From assembly GCA_963662315.1 (NCBI GenBank), contig OY759353.1:1088001-1152000 (forward strand): a stretch of DNA of 64,000 nucleotides. The letters run 5' to 3'. The notes under the pieces were generated by a model. The model was not told the DNA's origin and ran no database searches. It was given only the letters and a program-made list of their open reading frames with translations. Below, one piece after another: positions 61,215 through 64,000 of this stretch. The stretch comes from Geopsychrobacteraceae bacterium (GTDB lineage: Bacteria; Desulfobacterota; Desulfuromonadia; Desulfuromonadales; Geopsychrobacteraceae). The stretch's first letter is position 1. Every line of letters begins with the position of its first letter. The position numbers were made by a program, and so were the translations under genes.

Positions 61215-61985
61215 ATGGATTCACTTATTATTGCCGGGAGAACATTTCAGTCAAGGCTAATGGTCGGGACCGGTAAATTCAGTTCAAATAGCGCAATGGT
61301 TGCTGCCATAGAAAATTCGGCATGTGAAATTGTCACGGTAGCCTTACGCCGTGTGAACATCAATCATCCGGAAGATTCGCTACTAAAACATATTGACAGA
61401 AGTCGCTATCTACTGCTGCCCAACACAAGTGGTGCCAGAGATGCTGAAGAAGCGATCAGACTGGCAAGGCTGGCAAAAGCTGCCGGCTGTGAGCCCTGGA
61501 TCAAGCTTGAAGTTACCCCCGACCCATATTACCTGCTCCCTGACCCAGTAGAAACGTTAAAAGCTGCCGAAGTTCTGGTCAAAGAAGGCTTTATTGTCCT
61601 GCCCTATATGCCAGCAGATCCAGTTCTCGCCCGGCGCCTGGAAGAGGCAGGCACAGCAACGGTCATGCCGCTTGGAGCCCCAATCGGTACAAATCGCGGC
61701 ATAAGAACACGCGACCATATAGCCATCATTATTGAGCAGGCAAACATCCCTGTCGTTGTCGATGCCGGTCTTGGAGCACCATCTCATGCGGCTCAAGCCA
61801 TGGAGATGGGGGCGGATGCCGTGCTGGTTAATACTGCCCTGGCAGATACGCCTGAGCCGGGAGCTATGGCCAGGGCATTCAAAAAAGGAGTCGAGGCAGG
61901 TCGCGAAGCATTTCTAGCAGGGCTTGGCCAACAGCGTAAACATGCCGAAGCATCAAGTCCGTTAACCGGATTTCTAAGGGATTAA
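61215..61985 (+). CDS. thiG: Thiazole synthase
   Basis: [28 protein letters not shown] and VDAG.G.PS. Confidence 0.97.
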   Translation: MDSLIIAGRTFQSRLMVGTGKFSSNSAMVAAIENSACEIVTVALRRVNINHPEDSLLKHIDRSRYLLLPNTSGARDAEEAIRLARLAKAAGCEPWIKLEVTPDPYYLLPDPVETLKAAEVLVKEGFIVLPYMPADPVLARRLEEAGTATVMPLGAPIGTNRGIRTRDHIAIIIEQANIPVVVDAGLGAPSHAAQAMEMGADAVLVNTALADTPEPGAMARAFKKGVEAGREAFLAGLGQQRKHAEASSPLTGFLRD

Positions 61986-61986
61986 A

Positions 61987-63114
61987 ATGAGCTTTATCGA
62001 CCTTATCAACAGCCATCCGGTTAAAGATATCCAAGCGAGAATCGATACCACAACTCCCGAAGATATTGCTCGCTGTTTGCTAAAAACCAGATTAACCATA
62101 GATGATTTTGTCCATCTTATTGCCCCCGCAATTACGAATGAGCAACTTGAACAGATGGCCCGCAAAGCTCATCAGATAACAACCCAAAGGTTTGGTAGAA
62201 CTATCCAGATGTATGCCCCGATCTATCTATCAAACGAATGTCATAACGGCTGCAAATATTGTGGATTCAGTGCTGATAACCATCTGATAAGACGAACTCT
62301 TACCTTTAATGAAGCGGAACGGGAGGCGCAGTATTTAAGCCAACAGGGATTTCGGCATCTGCTGCTCCTGACCGGGGAGGCTCCTGAGAGTGCGGGTATT
62401 GATTATCTGGAATCTGCAATTCATACGATTAAAAAATATTGCGGATCGCTCTCGATTGAGGTTTTCCCGATGGACGATAAAGGGTATGAACGGATGGTGA
62501 ACGCAGGAGTCGACGGTCTGACACTCTATCAGGAAACTTATAATCGCAAACGCTATCAAGACCTTCATCCCTACGGCCCGAAAAGTGATTATCTTTTTCG
62601 TCTGGAAGCTCCTGAGCGGGCAGGAATAGCAGGAATGCGCAGGATCGGCATAGGAGCGTTACTGGGCCTGGATGAAGGCCTGGGTGATATTTACTATACC
62701 GCCCTGCATGCCCTTTACCTGGCACACAAATTCTGGAAAACTCAAGTAACTATTTCCTTTCCCAGGCTGCGTCCAGCACAAGGCGGGTTTCAGCCCAAAG
62801 CAATCATCACTGACCGCCAGTTGACGCAGTTCATATGTGCCCTGCGCTTACTGCTTCCCGATGCGGGACTGATTCTTTCTACTCGGGAGAGCACCCAACT
62901 CAGAAACAACCTGCTCCCCCTTGGCATCACCCAGATGAGTTCTGGATCAAGCACTGCTCCAGGAGGGTATTCTCTTGAAAACAATAATGAAACAGAGCAA
63001 TTTGCCATTAACGATGAGCGTTCTCCCAAACAACTGGAAGACTATTTACACACCCAGGGGTATGAAGCGATATGGAAAGACTGGGATGCGGCATTTCTAA
63101 ACAAAGTCATTTAA
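61987..63114 (+). CDS. thiH: 2-iminoacetate synthase (radical SAM)
   Basis: YAPIYLSNECHNGCKYCGF, YQETY, SFPRLRP and LSTRE. Confidence 0.95.
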   Translation: MSFIDLINSHPVKDIQARIDTTTPEDIARCLLKTRLTIDDFVHLIAPAITNEQLEQMARKAHQITTQRFGRTIQMYAPIYLSNECHNGCKYCGFSADNHLIRRTLTFNEAEREAQYLSQQGFRHLLLLTGEAPESAGIDYLESAIHTIKKYCGSLSIEVFPMDDKGYERMVNAGVDGLTLYQETYNRKRYQDLHPYGPKSDYLFRLEAPERAGIAGMRRIGIGALLGLDEGLGDIYYTALHALYLAHKFWKTQVTISFPRLRPAQGGFQPKAIITDRQLTQFICALRLLLPDAGLILSTRESTQLRNNLLPLGITQMSSGSSTAPGGYSLENNNETEQFAINDERSPKQLEDYLHTQGYEAIWKDWDAAFLNKVI

Positions 63115-63123
63115 GGAACAAAA

Positions 63124-63738
63124 ATGAATGCATTGCCTAAATTGTATTTAATAACTGACAGGAAGTTATTCCCCACAACAAAGGCATTTCTCGATAAAAT
63201 TGAAGAGTTACTTCAGGCTGGCATTAAAATGCTTCAAATCAGAGAAAAAGACCTGTCAACAGCTGCCCTTTATGACCTATCCGTAGAGCTGCGCAAAATA
63301 TCAAAACAGTATGGTGCACTATTACTAATAAACGACCGTGTAGATATCGCTCTGGCCTGCCAGGCTGACGGGGTTCACTTAGGGGGGACGTCTTTACCTG
63401 TAAGCTTAGTGCGGAAAATGCTCGGGCCTGACAAAATCATCGGGGTATCAGCCCACAATGAAACGGAAATATTAAAAGCAGCCCAAACCGGTGCAACCTT
63501 TGTAACTTTCGGACCTATTTTCTATACAGCTTCGAAAGCAGGTTACGGCTCTCCTGTCGGCCCTGAAGCATTAACGAAAGCCTGCCAAAAAGCGCCCTTG
63601 CCAATTTATGCTCTCGGCGGCATAAAACCCTCGAATGTGTCATCCCTAAAAGCGTCTGGAGTTTATGGAATTGCTGCAATTAGTGCCTTGCTTGAAGCTA
63701 AAAATTCAGCACATACCTGTAGCGTATTTATTCTTTAA
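63124..63738 (+). CDS. thiE: Thiamine-phosphate synthase
   Basis: LYLITD, QIREK, INDR.D.A, DGVHL, G.SAH and ALGGI. Confidence 0.9.
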   Translation: MNALPKLYLITDRKLFPTTKAFLDKIEELLQAGIKMLQIREKDLSTAALYDLSVELRKISKQYGALLLINDRVDIALACQADGVHLGGTSLPVSLVRKMLGPDKIIGVSAHNETEILKAAQTGATFVTFGPIFYTASKAGYGSPVGPEALTKACQKAPLPIYALGGIKPSNVSSLKASGVYGIAAISALLEAKNSAHTCSVFIL

Positions 63739-63761
63739 GAAACCTGCGGAGGTTAGAACAT

Positions 63762-63796
63762 AAAAAAGCCACATCTGGTAAGATGTGGCTTTTTTT
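63762..63796. terminator. Bidirectional terminator between the thi operon and the tRNA cluster
   Basis: AAAAAAGCCACATCT-GGTA-AGATGTGGCTTTTTT. Confidence 0.85.
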
Positions 63797-63805
63797 ATTA
63801 TAAAA

Positions 63806-63882
63806 TGGCGGGGCTGACGGGACTTGAACCCGCGACCTCCGGCGTGACAGGCCGGCGTTGTAACCGACTCTACTACAGCCCC
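63806..63882 (-). tRNA. tRNA-Asp (GTC)
   Basis: Reverse complement GGGGCTGTAG...CTGTCAC...GGTTCAAGTCC...CCGCCA, 77 nt, CCA encoded. Confidence 0.96.
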
Positions 63883-63885
63883 TTA

Positions 63886-63961
63886 TGGTGGGCGAAGAGG
63901 GGCTCGAACCCCCGACATCCTGCTTGTAAGGCAGGCGCTCTCCCAGCTGAGCTATTCGCCC
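63886..63961 (-). tRNA. tRNA-Val (TAC)
   Basis: Reverse complement GGGCGAATAGCTCAG...CTTACAA...GGTTCGAGCCC...CACCA, 76 nt. Confidence 0.96.
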
Positions 63962-63980
63962 TATTAATACCTTATATCAG

Positions 63981-64000
63981 TGGCGGGGCTGACGGGACTT
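63981..64000 (-). tRNA. 3' end of a second tRNA-Asp (cut by the window edge)
   Basis: 20 nt identical to 63806-63825. Confidence 0.75.

Noticed and set aside
63981..64000. Duplicate tRNA 3' end as a prophage/island att site
   Set aside because: Cut by the window edge; spacing fits a tandem Asp-Val-Asp tRNA cluster and no integrase is visible
1..64000. CRISPR arrays, transposases, integrases, phage or defence genes, selenocysteine read-through
   Set aside because: No regularly spaced repeats, recognisable mobile or defence proteins, or split ORFs needing UGA recoding were seen by eye

Overview
A 64 kb chromosomal segment, most consistent with a Desulfuromonadales/Geobacterales-type deltaproteobacterium (GSU3473-like small proteins, a class III multiheme cytochrome c, a sigma54 two-component system, and the dxs-ispA-xseBA-ctpA-envC-ftsXE-pta-gcv-folD neighbourhood). 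The taxon is inferred from gene content, not from a search. The left third (~1-25 kb) looks accessory and catabolic. It holds an AEC transporter with a cytoplasmic molybdopterin oxidoreductase, an OYE-like flavoenzyme, a GntR-controlled sugar-acid locus (TRAP, idnD-like, Ldh_2, uxuA, uxuB), an amino-acid dehydrogenase with a 2-oxoacid:ferredoxin oxidoreductase operon, and a sensor kinase/NtrC-type pair. The right part is mostly housekeeping: isoprenoid synthesis, cell division, pta, glycine cleavage, folD, DAHP synthase, a TPP riboswitch with thiF-S-G-H-E, and tRNA-Asp/Val. The most striking unexplained signal is a pair of related candidate small RNAs. One (~20588-20695, minus) has a sigma54 promoter and an upstream palindrome just downstream of the sigma54 activator gene; the other (~27916-27985, plus) has a sigma70 promoter. 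Both end in an ACCCCG...CGGGGT terminator stem that displays the anti-Shine-Dalgarno sequence CUACCUCCU, which is complementary to the ribosome-binding sites of dctP and uxuA in the sugar-acid locus. No transposase, integrase, phage genes or CRISPR array were seen.
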